A DNA stretch of 64,000 nucleotides from an uncultured Planctomycetia bacterium (GCA_963791075.1 CAWBRF010000037.1:55353-119352), one strand, 5' to 3'; shown: positions 31,824-42,228, counted from the stretch's first letter. Notes: generated by a model not told the origin, from the letters alone. A program made the numbers and translations.

Positions 31824-33148
31824 CCCCGCGTGAAATCGTCGTCGAACTCAACCGTCACATCGTCGGCCAGGACGACGCCAAGCGGGCGGTCGCCGTGGCC
31901 ATCCGCAACCGCTGGCGGCGGCAGCAGCTTGCGGAGGAGATGCGGCAGGAAGTGGCCCCGAAAAACATCCTCATGATCGGGCCCACCGGCGTGGGCAAGA
32001 CGGAGATTGCGCGGCGATTGGCCCGGCTCACCGGCGCCCCGTTCATCAAGGTCGAGGCGACCCGCTACACCGAAGTCGGCTATTACGGCCGCGACGTCGA
32101 GAGCATGGTTCGCGAGTTGGTCGAGAACGCGATCGGCCTGGTGCGGCAGGAGGAGCGGGAATCGGTCCGCGAGGAGGCCGGTCGCCGGGTCGACGAGCGG
32201 CTCTTGGACCTCTTGGCCCCCGCCCCGCCCGCCTTCGACGCCTCCGCCGACAGCCCCAATTCCCCCGACCGCTATCAGCGCACGCGGGAAAAGATGCGGG
32301 CGATGCTCTTGACCGGCGAGTTGAACGAGCGGCGGGTGGAGATCGCCATCGAGCAGCGGGCGGCGCCGATGATGTTCACCGGCGCCGGCTTGGAGCAGAT
32401 GGACTTCGACCTGCAAGGGATGTTCGAGAAGATTTTGCCCAAGGGGAGCGTCCGCCGCGAAATGAGCGTGACCGAGGCCCGCCGCGTGCTCTTCGAGCAG
32501 GAGTGCGACGCCCTGATCAATCAGGAGAAGGTCAACGCCCGGGCGATCGACCTGGCGGAGAACCTGGGGATTATTTTCATCGACGAGATGGACAAGGTGG
32601 TGGCCAGCGAGCAGACGCACGGGGCGGACGTTCGCGCCAGGGGGTGCAGCGCGACCTGCTGCCGATCGTCGAGGGCACGACGGTGCAGACCCGCTACGGC
32701 TACGTGAAGACGGACCACATTCTGTTCATTGCCGCCGGCGGCGTTTCATCGCGCGAAGCCGAGCGACCTGATGCCCGAGTTGCAGGGGCGGTTTCCGATT
32801 CGCGTTGAGTTGAAGGACCTGGTGCAGGAGGATTTCATCCGCATTTTGACCGAGCCGAAGAGTTCGTTGACGAAGCAGTACGTGGCCCTTTTGGCGACGG
32901 AGGGGGTCGAGTTGTCGTTCAGCGCGGACGCGGTGGATTCGCTGGCGGAGTTTGCGTTTCAAGTGAACCAGCGGACGCAGAACATCGGCGCGCGGCGGTT
33001 GTACACGATCATGGAGCGATTGTTGGAGGAGTTGAGTTTTGAGGCGCCGGAGATGAAGCGCGGCCGCGTGGACATCAACGCCGCCTACGTGCGGAAGCGA
33101 CTGCACGACGTCGCCGAGGATGAGGATTTGAGCAAGTTTATTTTGTAG
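31811..33148 (+). CDS. hslU: ATP-dependent protease ATPase subunit HslU; frame-broken
   Basis: GTG 31811 overlaps the hslV end. Walker [16 protein letters not shown]. ..[15 protein letters not shown].. is in ORF 32503..32808, and the C-terminus is in ORF 32729..33148. Changes near 32631 (TT run) and 32745. Confidence 0.9.
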
Positions 33149-33239
33149 CAGTCGGGCGGCGGCGGTCTTGCATCCGGCCTCCCCGGGGTTGGACGGCGGT
33201 CGAAATTCGGACATAATGTGCGCCGGCGGAGTTTCCATT

Positions 33240-34106
33240 ATGGCGCGAAATGAAAAAAAATCGCCGGCGTATGTCGTCACCGGCGCGTCCAGCGGCATTG
33301 GCCAGGCGTGTGCGATGGCGCTGGACGCCCGCGGCGGCCGCGTATTCGCCGGGGTTCGCCGTGAGGCGGACGCCCAGCGGATTGGCAGCCAAGCCTCCGC
33401 GCGGCTGACGCCGCTGCTGCTGGACGTGACTGATCCGGATGCGATCGCCGCCGCGGCCCGGCGCGTCGAGGAGGCTGTCGGCGAGACCGGCGTCGCGGGA
33501 CTGGTCAATAACGCCGGGATCGCCGTCGCCGGTCCGCTGGAAGTTGTGCCGCTGGCGGAATTGCGCAAACAACTCGAAGTCAACGTCATCGGTCCGATTG
33601 CGATGATCCAGGCGTTTCTGCCGCTGTTGCGAAAGGCGCGCGGGCGGATCGTCAACATGAGTTCCGTCAGCGGACGGTTTGTCGTGCCGTATCTAGGACC
33701 GTATGCCGCGTCGAAGTTCGCCCTGGAGGCGCTGAGCGACTCGCTGCGCACGGAGTTGAGGGCCTGGGGCATCCGCGTCGCCCTGATCGAGCCGGCAAGC
33801 ATCGCCACGCCGATCTGGGAGAAGAGTCTTGCGGCGGGCGACGAATTGGAGGCGGCGGCCCACCCGGAGCAGGCGGCCCTGTATCGCGCGGATTTGGATG
33901 CGTTGCGCAACGCGATCCAACGGGCCGCGGAGACGGCAATGCCGGTGGAGCGGGTGGTTCGCGCGGTTTTGCACGCCCTCACCGCGCGGCGGCCGAGAAT
34001 CCGCTATCCCGTCGGTCTGCGAACGAACATCGCGATCCGCATCTTCTCTTGGTTTCCCGATCGCCTGCGGGATTGGAACATCCGCCGGCGACTCGGGCTT
34101 CCCTAA
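33240..34106 (+). CDS. SDR-family oxidoreductase
   Basis: ATG 33240. TGASSGIG cofactor motif, NNAG, and YAASK catalytic motif. Confidence 0.85.
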   Translation: MARNEKKSPAYVVTGASSGIGQACAMALDARGGRVFAGVRREADAQRIGSQASARLTPLLLDVTDPDAIAAAARRVEEAVGETGVAGLVNNAGIAVAGPLEVVPLAELRKQLEVNVIGPIAMIQAFLPLLRKARGRIVNMSSVSGRFVVPYLGPYAASKFALEALSDSLRTELRAWGIRVALIEPASIATPIWEKSLAAGDELEAAAHPEQAALYRADLDALRNAIQRAAETAMPVERVVRAVLHALTARRPRIRYPVGLRTNIAIRIFSWFPDRLRDWNIRRRLGLP

Positions 34107-34190
34107 CACGGCCGCCCGCCTTGTGGCTGCGGCGCACCTGGGGGAACCAACCCCGGCCCAATTGCCCTAAGTCGTTGCCGCATAAGGGAA

Positions 34191-34242
34191 TGCCCGGGGG
34201 GAGACTCGAACTCCCACCCCTTGCGGGACAAGATCCTAAGTC
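34191..34242 (-). repeat. displaced 3' 52 nt of tRNA-Leu(UAG); att direct repeat
   Basis: Identical to 47977-48028. It covers the tRNA from the anticodon loop to the discriminator base. Confidence 0.9.
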
Positions 34243-34370
34243 ATTGGGATAGCCCAACCCGTCTGATTTAGTCGCGTCGAAACCTCTTGATTCATTTAGA
34301 CTTGCTGTTATACTTGCTTTCGTACTACGCTATTCGTTTTTAGTCCAATCTATTCATTTTACCAAGGCGC

Positions 34371-34391
34371 GTAGCACGAAGGCGTAGCACG
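34371..34391 (+). promoter_or_regulatory. tandem pair of the 8-mer GTAGCACG (arm-type recombinase site or operator)
   Basis: GTAGCACG at 34371-34378 and 34384-34391, with a further single copy at 34465-34472. Confidence 0.5.
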
Positions 34392-34535
34392 AAACGCAAC
34401 CCCCTCAACAGAGTTGGTAATCAGATGAATTCTTTGTTTCATCCGAGAAACCGACGAATCGGCCGTAGCACGCGGCGGAAGGCCAAAATGGCCAAAATGA
34501 TCGTCGCGTCTGACTGGCATGTCTTGCGGGGGTTT

Positions 34536-34557
34536 CGTGCTACGGTTCGCGTGCTAC
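34536..34557 (-). promoter_or_regulatory. tandem pair of GTAGCACG in inverted orientation, just upstream of the integrase start
   Basis: CGTGCTAC at 34536-34543 and 34550-34557. The integrase ATG is at 34573. Confidence 0.5.
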
Positions 34558-34596
34558 GCGACGGAGGGTCCTATGGTCACATCGTTCCCATTTTCT

Positions 34597-36330
34597 GTAG
34601 TTGTTCACGCGGTCGCGGGGAGCGACCGCGGGGCCGCAGAAAAGAGGGAGAGATAGCGGGGAACGAGTGCCGTCAGGGGCCTGATGGCAGCAGCGAGGGC
34701 GGCAGGGTGCCGGAGAGATAAGCTTGGACCGAGTCCAACAGGAACTGAAAGACCGCGCGACCCTGTTCGGCGCAGGTGGCGATCACGGTCCAGATCCGCT
34801 CGCACCAGCGACAACCTTTTTCGCTCCGCGTTCCCTGGGTGATTCGCCGGTCGATCACCACGAAGCGAATCGCCTGTTCCGCAAGGTTGTTCGTTGGGTC
34901 AACTCCCGGGGTGGTGATGAAGCGGAAGTACGACTCCCCGTTCTCGCGGAACCGTTTCGCCATGTTCCGCGCCTGTTTCGTCTCCGGCACGCCGGTCGTG
35001 GCCGCCTTCATCACTTGCTCCCGTGCCGTTTCCAACGCCTTTTGAAAATCCGCCGCGGTCATCTGCTCGCGCCGATGGATGACGGCAAACAGGTCGCGCA
35101 GGGCGTCCCGCAGCCGTTGGCCGTAAGCTTGATTTTCCGCTCCCGGCAGCGTCAGCAGAAACTTCACGTCGCGGATCAGGTGGGCCATGCAGAACTGGAG
35201 CAGCACGCCGAACACGCGCATATACTTGCGGTAGGCGCTGAAGTAATCGCAGCCCAGCACCCCATTGAACTCTTCGCCGAGCACCTCCACCAGCACTTTC
35301 GATCCCCGCGACTTGTCGATGCGGAAAAGCGTGTAAAGCTGGGCGCGGAAACACCAAGTCCAGAACTTCTCACGGTACTCCTTGTGCCCCGTCTCGTCAA
35401 CGTTCAGCACGGGTTCGCCCGGCAGCCGCTCGAACAACTCGGCATACGCCTTGGCCAACGAATCGCTCACCTTGCCGATCAATTTCGCGAGGTAGCCGCG
35501 GGAAATGTCCACGTGGGCCACGTCGCGGAGGAACTTCCAGATCGTGGAGAACGAGGCGTGGCAGACGCCTTTCATGAAGGCCACCAGGGCCGTCAGCCGC
35601 GGGCCGAACAGCCCCGCCTTGACCACCGCCTCCGGCAACGGCGCGTAGTGGAACTTCTGGCAGTGCGGGCACCAGTAGGCCAAGCCTTGATGTTCCGTGA
35701 CGATGGTCGGCGTGGCGATGATTTCCACCTGTTGCAGGACGTCGGGCGGACGATTGGCAAGCCGAAGCGAACCGCCGCACTCGGGGCAGCAATCCAGCGT
35801 GTACGGCTCGAAACGGTTGACGGCCTCGGGCGGAAACGGCGTTCGCAGAATGTTGATCATGTCCTGGCTGCGCACCCGTCTGCGCTTCTCGCCGTCCTTG
35901 CGCGGCGGCTTGGGCGGCTTGACCATATCGCTCGACGGCGGTTTGGAGGAGGTGGAGGAGTTCTTCAGCGCCGCGGCCAATTGCTGCTTCAGGCGTTCAT
36001 TCTCTTCGCGAAGGTGCGCGTTCTCTTCTTCCAGCGTCGCGATGCGTCCCATCGCCCCAGCGAACTCCTTCTCCAGCCGCGCCATACGCTCGGCTAGCAA
36101 ATCGCGTTCCGAATCGTGGCTCGCTTCCCGCAGCTTCATGGGGCGGAAAGATACGCTTCCGGCCTCATGGGAACAAGATCAACCGGCTGCTCGCCTAACA
36201 AGAATTCTGGCGGATTCTTGCCGGGGGGGGGCTTGACAAGCCAAATTCCGTCGATCAAAATCACATTCGTTGTCCTGCCGCTGAGGGGTTCGGACAGGAC
36301 GATAGTCGTAGGAACCCCGTGAACGGTTAC
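34597..36330 (-). mobile_element. IS66-family insertion sequence (single-ORF type), 1734 bp
   Basis: Imperfect terminal inverted repeats GTAGTTGTTCACGCGGT and GTAACCGTTCACGGGGT (13 of 17 match). 8-bp direct target duplication CATTTTCT at 34589-34596 and 36331-36338. Confidence 0.85.
34673..36139 (-). CDS. IS66-family transposase
   Basis: 488-aa intact ORF. N-terminal leucine-zipper region, zinc finger (CPECGG...CPHC), and a DDE region (VLNVDETGH ... GCDYFSAY ... NNLAEQAIR). Confidence 0.85.
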   Translation of the reverse strand: MKLREASHDSERDLLAERMARLEKEFAGAMGRIATLEEENAHLREENERLKQQLAAALKNSSTSSKPPSSDMVKPPKPPRKDGEKRRRVRSQDMINILRTPFPPEAVNRFEPYTLDCCPECGGSLRLANRPPDVLQQVEIIATPTIVTEHQGLAYWCPHCQKFHYAPLPEAVVKAGLFGPRLTALVAFMKGVCHASFSTIWKFLRDVAHVDISRGYLAKLIGKVSDSLAKAYAELFERLPGEPVLNVDETGHKEYREKFWTWCFRAQLYTLFRIDKSRGSKVLVEVLGEEFNGVLGCDYFSAYRKYMRVFGVLLQFCMAHLIRDVKFLLTLPGAENQAYGQRLRDALRDLFAVIHRREQMTAADFQKALETAREQVMKAATTGVPETKQARNMAKRFRENGESYFRFITTPGVDPTNNLAEQAIRFVVIDRRITQGTRSEKGCRWCERIWTVIATCAEQGRAVFQFLLDSVQAYLSGTLPPSLLPSGP

Positions 36331-37534
36331 CATTTTCTGAGCAGCGAATCCGAGCGCTGAAGGCGCCGGCGTCCGATGCGAACGGACGCGACTATCACAA
36401 GGACACGAAGACGCCCGGTCTACAGGTGGCAGTCTTCCCCACCGGGAAAAAGGTGTTCTACTTCGTCAAGCGGATCGACGGCCGGCCGACCAGGATCAAA
36501 CTTGGCACAACGGAGGAGTTGTCGGTTGACGACGCCCGGAAGGCGGCGCAGAAAAAGGCGGGGGAAGTGGCGGACGGCAAGAAACCCGCAAGCCGAGCGA
36601 CGCGCCCGCCGGCAAGAGCCGACGCTAGAAAAGCTATGGGAGCACTGGTTACTCTATGCGGAGGCCCACAAGAAGCCCTTGTCGGTCAACGGCGATCGTC
36701 TGAATTATGCCAAGCATCTCGCCAAGTGGAAGAATCGCCGGCTGTCCGCAATCCGAAAGACGGACGTGCAGGCGCTGCATTCTGAAATCGGCGCCTCGTC
36801 GGGCCCCTACGCCGCTAACCGCGTGCTGGCCTTGCTTCGCGCCATGCTCAATAAAGCCGACGAGCTAGGCTATCGTGGCACGAATCCCGCCGCCCGGATT
36901 ACCAAGTTCCGGGAGCAGTCGCGCGACCGCTTCCTACAGCCCCACGAGATGGAACGCTTCATGGTGGCACTGGCCGCCGAGAAATCCATCTTCCGCGATT
37001 TCTTCGTGATGTGCCTATTGACGGGGGCAAGGAAAAACAACGTCCAGACGATGGCGTGGGCCGATGTGGACCTGGACGGCCGATTCTGGAAAATCCCGGA
37101 GACAAAGGCCGGCATGGCGGTCATCGTTCCCCTGGTCCCGGCCGCGCTGGAGATCCTCAAAATGCGCCAGGTGGACGCGAACGGTTGCCCCTACGTTTTC
37201 CCTGGTCGGCGCCGCGGGGACCACCTACGCGAGCCCCGCGAAACGTGGAAGCATATCTGCGCCGCCGCCGGCCTGTCCGATTTGCATATTCACGATTTGC
37301 GGAGGAGTTTGGGTTCTTGGATGGCGGGGCAGAATGTCTCCCTCCAAATCATCGGCAAGGCGTTGGGCCACCGCACACCGCAGGCGACGGCTATCTACAG
37401 CCGCTTATCGCTCGATCCGGTCCGCGCCGCCGTGGAAGGCGCAGCGACCGCCATGCTTACCGCCGGAAAGCAGACGAAGCTGCTGGCGACGATCGACACA
37501 GAGTCAACCGAAGCGGAGCAGGAGGGGAATTGAC

Positions 37535-38035
37535 ATGGTGACAGACTTAGCAAGGCAACTGGCCGTGAATCTGCAAACCACAAACGCACCTGTCATCAAT
37601 ATCCAAATAGATGAGGCGGACATGTTGCAGGCGCGGAAACTCTGCAAACAATTCGGAGTGAACCTCGCCACGATGAGAGAAAATGACGTGATTGGATTAC
37701 AGGCGCGCCTCGTCATGCTGCCGAAGCTGCTTGGCGCCCAAATGGGCATGATAGCGCAGTCCGCCCTCCTGGTCGGCCATATAGCAAGTGAGAAGGAGCA
37801 CGCGGACGCCGCAAAGCAAAATGCGCGGACGGCCCGAGAAGCGAAGTCTAAGAAGGCCACGGCCCGGTACGATGGAATCAGGAGGGACGTTCAAGCAATG
37901 CTCGACGCCAACAAGCGCAACACCCTCACCCATGCACGGGAGCAAGTCGCGCACTCCCGCAACCTCTCGCTCAACACCGTGAGGAAGGCGACCCCGCAAG
38001 GCAAGATGAAGCTGCCGAAGAAAAAGAAAAAATAG
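37535..38035 (+). CDS. hypothetical protein with a Lys-rich tail
   Basis: ATG 37535 lies 1 nt after the integrase stop, in the frame of ORF 37064..38035. No family recognised. Confidence 0.4.
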   Translation: MVTDLARQLAVNLQTTNAPVINIQIDEADMLQARKLCKQFGVNLATMRENDVIGLQARLVMLPKLLGAQMGMIAQSALLVGHIASEKEHADAAKQNARTAREAKSKKATARYDGIRRDVQAMLDANKRNTLTHAREQVAHSRNLSLNTVRKATPQGKMKLPKKKKK

Positions 38036-38134
38036 TCTGCCAACACTGTATAGTGTTGGTATCGACACCGTTTTTTTCCTCGCTAGGATTGACGGTAGAA
38101 CAAGTTTGTTCGCCAATCTTAGCGAGGAGTTTTT

Positions 38135-38352
38135 ATGTCTATCGCTTGTCTCGAATCTCCCCTTGCCGCCTTGCTTCCTCGCGAGGAGGCGGCGGCGTAC
38201 ATCGGCTTTTCCGTTGCTGCATTAGCCGCGTGGCGCACAGCGGAAAGTATCGCGACATTCTCCCCGTCGCCAAGATCGGCAAGCGGGCCTATTACCGCAA
38301 GGCCGATCTCGACCGCTTTATCGAATCGCGTTTTGATCGTTCGGCACGATAG
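38135..38352 (+). CDS. AlpA/excisionase-family helix-turn-helix protein; frame-broken
   Basis: LLPREEAAAYIGFSVAALAAWR, then (after a frame change ~38235) HSGKYRDILPVAKIGKRAYYRKADLDRFIESRF. This is the MerR-type Xis/AlpA pattern. Confidence 0.6.
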
Positions 38353-38410
38353 GAAACACATACTCCGCGTTTTCAGGCATGGAAGACGCGCGGGCGCAAC
38401 GGATGGACGA

Positions 38411-38683
38411 ATGAATCCAACATGCCCGACCTTGACCCGGCAAGCGGCTACCATCCCGAAGCCGTGGCGCCGATCGACCCTTACCCACCGTTGTCCCGTC
38501 TGCCGCCGCGTCGGCTGTCTCTTCACTGGTCCCCATGATGCACCCGTGGCCGCGATATGCCGCCGCGTGGAGGCGAGCCGGCGAATCGGCGAGCGGGGAT
38601 GGCTCCACGTCTTGAACGATTCCGGCCCGACGTGGGCGCCGTGGCGCGTGAGCTTGGCGAAGCTGGCGGGAGGGCCGCGATGA
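38411..38683 (+). CDS. small Cys-rich (zinc-binding?) protein
   Basis: MNPTCPTL...CPVCRRVGCLF...ICRRVEASRRIGERGWLHV. Its stop overlaps the primase-helicase start (ATGA). Confidence 0.45.
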   Translation: MNPTCPTLTRQAATIPKPWRRSTLTHRCPVCRRVGCLFTGPHDAPVAAICRRVEASRRIGERGWLHVLNDSGPTWAPWRVSLAKLAGGPR

Positions 38684-41034
38684 GCACCGCAACCAGCGCA
38701 CCCGTCGCCCCCGACGTTCAAGCCGACGTTGCCGAAATCGAGCGATCCATCGACCTAATTGCAGGTGATTCCGATGTGATCGAAATTCGCGCTCCAGACA
38801 TCCCAACAGGCAACGGTTACACGGCCGTAGGCAGCGGCTACTTTGATCGTGAACACCACCACGCCGCGGCGCAGGCGGCATATCGGCTTTCAGTCGATCA
38901 AAAGGCCCCGGGCGTTTATATGACCTTGAACCCGGTCCTTCCCGCCCTGTTGGCCAGAGCAGCCAACCGCATGGCCATGAAGCCCAAAAGCACCACGACG
39001 GACGCCGAAATCTTGCGGCGACACTGGTTGTTCATCGACATCGACCCGCACCGACCGAGCGGCATTGCGGCGACGGCCGCGGAGATGTGGGCGGCAGACG
39101 ACCTTGCAGGCATCATCACCGACAAGCTGGCCGCCTATGGTTTCCCACGCCCTATTCGCGCCGACAGCGGCAATGGTCGCTATTTGTTCTATCGAATTTC
39201 TGAACCAAACGACGAAGCGACAACCAAGCTTATCCGCTCCTTCTATTCTGGCTTGGACGCGATTGTCCCCCGCGTCAACACAAACCAACCTCATGCTGCA
39301 ATCGACCAGGGAGTTTTTAACGCGGCCCGAATCGCGCGGATCGGCGGCACTTGGAACCGCAAAGGCGACAACACCGCCGACCGTCCGCACCGACTGGCCC
39401 ACTACTTTGCCCCCAAGGCCGGCGAAGCAATCGAAACCGTCGCCCGGGAGCATATCGAGGCCGTGGCGGCGATGGCGCCGACCACCAGCACGGCCAGCAA
39501 GAACGGCCAGCACACCAGCACGGCCGGCAAAATCGACGTGCCGGCCTACTGTGCGGACTATGGGGTCGAAATCCGCGACATCAAGCAAGAGGCGGGGCGG
39601 ACCATATTCACTCTGAACAGGTGCGCATTCAACCCCAACCACGGGAGCAAAGGCGAAACGTCGATCGTACAGGCCGATGGCGGGCTGACGACGTTTCATT
39701 GCAAGCACAACAGTTGCGGGAGCAAGACTTGGCAGGACTTTAAGGCGGTGGTGGGCAAACTTGAACCAAGACACGTCGGGAAACCGGATCGTCCTACCAC
39801 CGTGCGGACGTTGCCGACCGTCTTGGAGCCCGGCACGCTGGTTAAGGCGGCCGACCGCGGAAACTTCGGAACGGTGGTTTCGGACAACGGCAATAGTTGC
39901 ACCGTGCATTTTGTTTCACCGGAAGGGCAAGCGGCGGACGTTGAGTTGCCGAAATCGCAGCTACGCTCCCAGGACGGCCAGCGCCTCGACGGCGAGCAAG
40001 GGCCAATAATCCCTCCGCCGTGTTCTTTGCCGGAACTGGTCTCGACTTATCCGACCCAACGGCCCGCGGTCATTGACGGGCTGTTGCGCGAGGGTGAGAC
40101 GATGAACGTGGTTGCAGCGCCGAAGCGCGGCAAATCGTGGCTTTGCAATGGTCTGGCGCTGGCCGTGGTGGGCGGGTTGACTTGGCTTGACGCATTCCGT
40201 TGTACTCAGGGCCGCGTGCTGATAATCGACGGGGAGTTGCACCCGGAGGTAATCGCCCACCGTCTGCCGGCCGTCGCGCAAGCTATGGGAATCGGCCCGG
40301 AGTGTACCGACCTAATCGACGTGCTACCGCTTCGCGGGCTGGGCGTTGACCTGATGCAACTTAGCCCGTTCATCGACTCAATCGAGCCCGGCCGCTATGC
40401 CCTAATCATCCTGGACGCATGGTATCGGTTTCTGCCCATCGGCTTTTCGGAAAACGACAACGCCCAAGTGATGGCGCTTTACAACCGGATCGACGGTTAC
40501 ACTTCCCGCCTACGGTCGGCGTGGGTCAACGTCCATCACGCCAGCAAAGGCGATCAAAGCGGCAAGAGCACGACCGACGTAGGCAGCGGAGCCGGCAGCC
40601 AGAGCCGAGCCGCCGACACCCACCTGATTATCCGCCAGCACGAGCAAGACGACGTTGCGGTAATCGAGGCCGTGGTGCGAAGCTGGCCCCCCGTCCAACC
40701 GCTTGCAATCCGCTGGACGTTCCCCGTCTGGCAACTCGACACCCAAGCCGATCCCCGCAAACTCCAGCGCCCACGGGAGCGGACAAATCGGGAGACCAGG
40801 GATATTCACTTGGCGGAGGATCGGCAAAACGTCGTCAACGTGATGGTTGCGGCATCGGGACCGCAGACACTATCGGACGTTCGGAATACGTCCAGAATCG
40901 GAAACCCGCGGTTTGGGTTCGCGTGGGCTTCGCTTATCGAGGATAGCACAATCATCCCCTCCGGGAGCGTTGTAAAGGGAAACAACCGGAGGTATGAGGC
41001 ATTCATTCTTTCACAACAGGAAACCGACCAATGA
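38680..41034 (+). CDS. replication protein: primase/polymerase-like N-terminal domain fused to a RepA/RecA-type (AAA_25-like) helicase domain
   Basis: ATG 38680. N-terminus has ..HWLFIDIDPHRP...IRADSGNGRYLFYRI. C-terminus has Walker A VVAAPKRGKSWL, then LIILDAWYRF and VNVHHASKG. Intact 784-aa frame. Confidence 0.75.
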   Translation: MSTATSAPVAPDVQADVAEIERSIDLIAGDSDVIEIRAPDIPTGNGYTAVGSGYFDREHHHAAAQAAYRLSVDQKAPGVYMTLNPVLPALLARAANRMAMKPKSTTTDAEILRRHWLFIDIDPHRPSGIAATAAEMWAADDLAGIITDKLAAYGFPRPIRADSGNGRYLFYRISEPNDEATTKLIRSFYSGLDAIVPRVNTNQPHAAIDQGVFNAARIARIGGTWNRKGDNTADRPHRLAHYFAPKAGEAIETVAREHIEAVAAMAPTTSTASKNGQHTSTAGKIDVPAYCADYGVEIRDIKQEAGRTIFTLNRCAFNPNHGSKGETSIVQADGGLTTFHCKHNSCGSKTWQDFKAVVGKLEPRHVGKPDRPTTVRTLPTVLEPGTLVKAADRGNFGTVVSDNGNSCTVHFVSPEGQAADVELPKSQLRSQDGQRLDGEQGPIIPPPCSLPELVSTYPTQRPAVIDGLLREGETMNVVAAPKRGKSWLCNGLALAVVGGLTWLDAFRCTQGRVLIIDGELHPEVIAHRLPAVAQAMGIGPECTDLIDVLPLRGLGVDLMQLSPFIDSIEPGRYALIILDAWYRFLPIGFSENDNAQVMALYNRIDGYTSRLRSAWVNVHHASKGDQSGKSTTDVGSGAGSQSRAADTHLIIRQHEQDDVAVIEAVVRSWPPVQPLAIRWTFPVWQLDTQADPRKLQRPRERTNRETRDIHLAEDRQNVVNVMVAASGPQTLSDVRNTSRIGNPRFGFAWASLIEDSTIIPSGSVVKGNNRRYEAFILSQQETDQ

Positions 41035-41035
41035 C

Positions 41036-41178
41036 GCAACGGGATAGCAACGGGATAACGCAACGGGATAAACCTTGTCCGGTTGCGGTGCATCAGGAAC
41101 GGGATAAACCCTGTAAGGGTTATCCCTCCCGATGCGACCGGAGGCCGGATAGCCTGATGCAAAAATCGCAACGGGATA
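41036..41178. repeat. iteron array: 5 direct copies and 1 inverted copy of (GC)AACGGGATA; putative replication origin
   Basis: Direct copies at 41036-46, 41047-57, 41060-70, 41097-41106 and 41168-78. Inverted copy at 41117-41126, forming the palindrome GGGATAAACCCTGTAAGGGTTATCCC. The array starts 2 nt after the primase-helicase stop. Confidence 0.7.
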
Positions 41179-41481
41179 GAAACTGCAAGCCGAGCAGTCT
41201 AAGCCGTGGGCCGACTGGCGAGCCGACCCCCGCGGCCGCCGGACCGTCGCGCCGCCTGGTGCTGGCCGTCGATCCTGCCACATCGGCCAGCGCTGGACGC
41301 CACGGTCTGGCCGACGATCCTTGCACCCCGGACACCATGCCGGCGGCCGTCGCGAGCGCTGTTGCGGCATGGCGGAGGCGTCGGGCGCGTCGTTTTCGGC
41401 ATGTCCGTCTGACAAGGAATCAGGTGGGTGGACACCACAAGCTATTGTAGAATAACGAGTTATGACGTTGACGCCTACCAC

Positions 41482-41500
41482 CGTGCTACATTCGTGCTAC
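41482..41500 (-). promoter_or_regulatory. tandem pair of GTAGCACG in inverted orientation, upstream of the 41542 gene
   Basis: CGTGCTAC at 41482-41489 and 41493-41500. Confidence 0.5.
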
Positions 41501-41541
41501 GCGGGCGAAAAAACCGGACCGAAGAATAAGGACTTACGGCG

Positions 41542-42225
41542 ATGAGCGAACCCGGCAATACCAACGCCCTCCGCAATGGTCGGCGGTCTGTCCGCAACGG
41601 CATTGTGTTGGCGGCCCTGTCCGATCGTCACGCCTCCATCGCCGTAGACCTCCGCCGGCTGAAGCGGACGCTAGACCCCTACGTCCAGCAACGCCAAGGG
41701 GCGGAGCGCCTGAAGGCCATAGCGATGGCAAACGAGATTGCACGGTGGGAGATCAGCGCCCGGATCATGCAAAAGACGATGGCAACGGAGGCGCTGAATC
41801 CCGAGCTAGCCCTGTCCTACTTGAACGGCATCGGACAGGCGACGGCCCGCCGGAATGCCTTGCTCAACAAGCTACTGGCCAATGGCAAGGCCGCCGGCGC
41901 CGACCCCTGGGCATTGCTCGATTCACCACGCGGCGACGGCGGCGATTCGGCCGCGTCGGGCGAGTCACAAGCCGACCCGGGCGAGAAAGCGCCACAAGCG
42001 AACCCACGCGGCGACGGAGGCAATGGCAGCGGGGGAGCCGGCCCGCCCGCCGACGCGGCACAAGCCGCCCCACGCAACGCTGGCAGCGATTCTCCCACGG
42101 GGACCGACCAGGAAGCCAAGCAACCCGCGGAATCGCCTACAGCAACGCCCGGCGGCATGGTGGAGGCGTCCGGCGCGTCCGGCAACGGCATGGCCGACCA
42201 GGGGACCGGAGCGGAGGCGACGTAG
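41542..42225 (+). CDS. hypothetical protein; possible small-terminase-like DNA-binding protein
   Basis: The N-terminal GNTNALRNGRRS motif resembles the GNxNAxKHG motif seen at the start of some phage small terminase or packaging proteins. The C-terminal half is low-complexity. Position is upstream of the nuclease and TerL. Confidence 0.35.
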   Translation: MSEPGNTNALRNGRRSVRNGIVLAALSDRHASIAVDLRRLKRTLDPYVQQRQGAERLKAIAMANEIARWEISARIMQKTMATEALNPELALSYLNGIGQATARRNALLNKLLANGKAAGADPWALLDSPRGDGGDSAASGESQADPGEKAPQANPRGDGGNGSGGAGPPADAAQAAPRNAGSDSPTGTDQEAKQPAESPTATPGGMVEASGASGNGMADQGTGAEAT

Positions 42226-42228
42226 ATC

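Larger units (their letters stand above)
34573..37533 (+). pseudogene. int: P4-type tyrosine integrase (DUF4102 arm-binding N-terminus plus catalytic domain), split by IS66 after codon 8 and carrying one further frame change
   Basis: Removing 34597-36338 restores MVTSFPFSEQRIRALKAPASDANGRDYHKDTKTPGLQVAVFPTGKKVFYFVKRIDGRPTRIKLG.... Frame change at AAA 36582-36584. The catalytic region carries HDLRRS and ..ALGHRTPQATAIYSRL. Confidence 0.85.

Noticed and set aside
34425-34721. ORF 34425..34721
   Set aside because: It spans the att arm, the true integrase start and the IS66 left end, so it is a chimera of unrelated sequences.
41031-41450. ORF 41031..41450 as a protein-coding gene
   Set aside because: Its first 50 codons merely translate the AACGGGATA iterons. 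The rest is Arg/Ala/Pro-rich with no recognisable features. It is better explained as the origin region.
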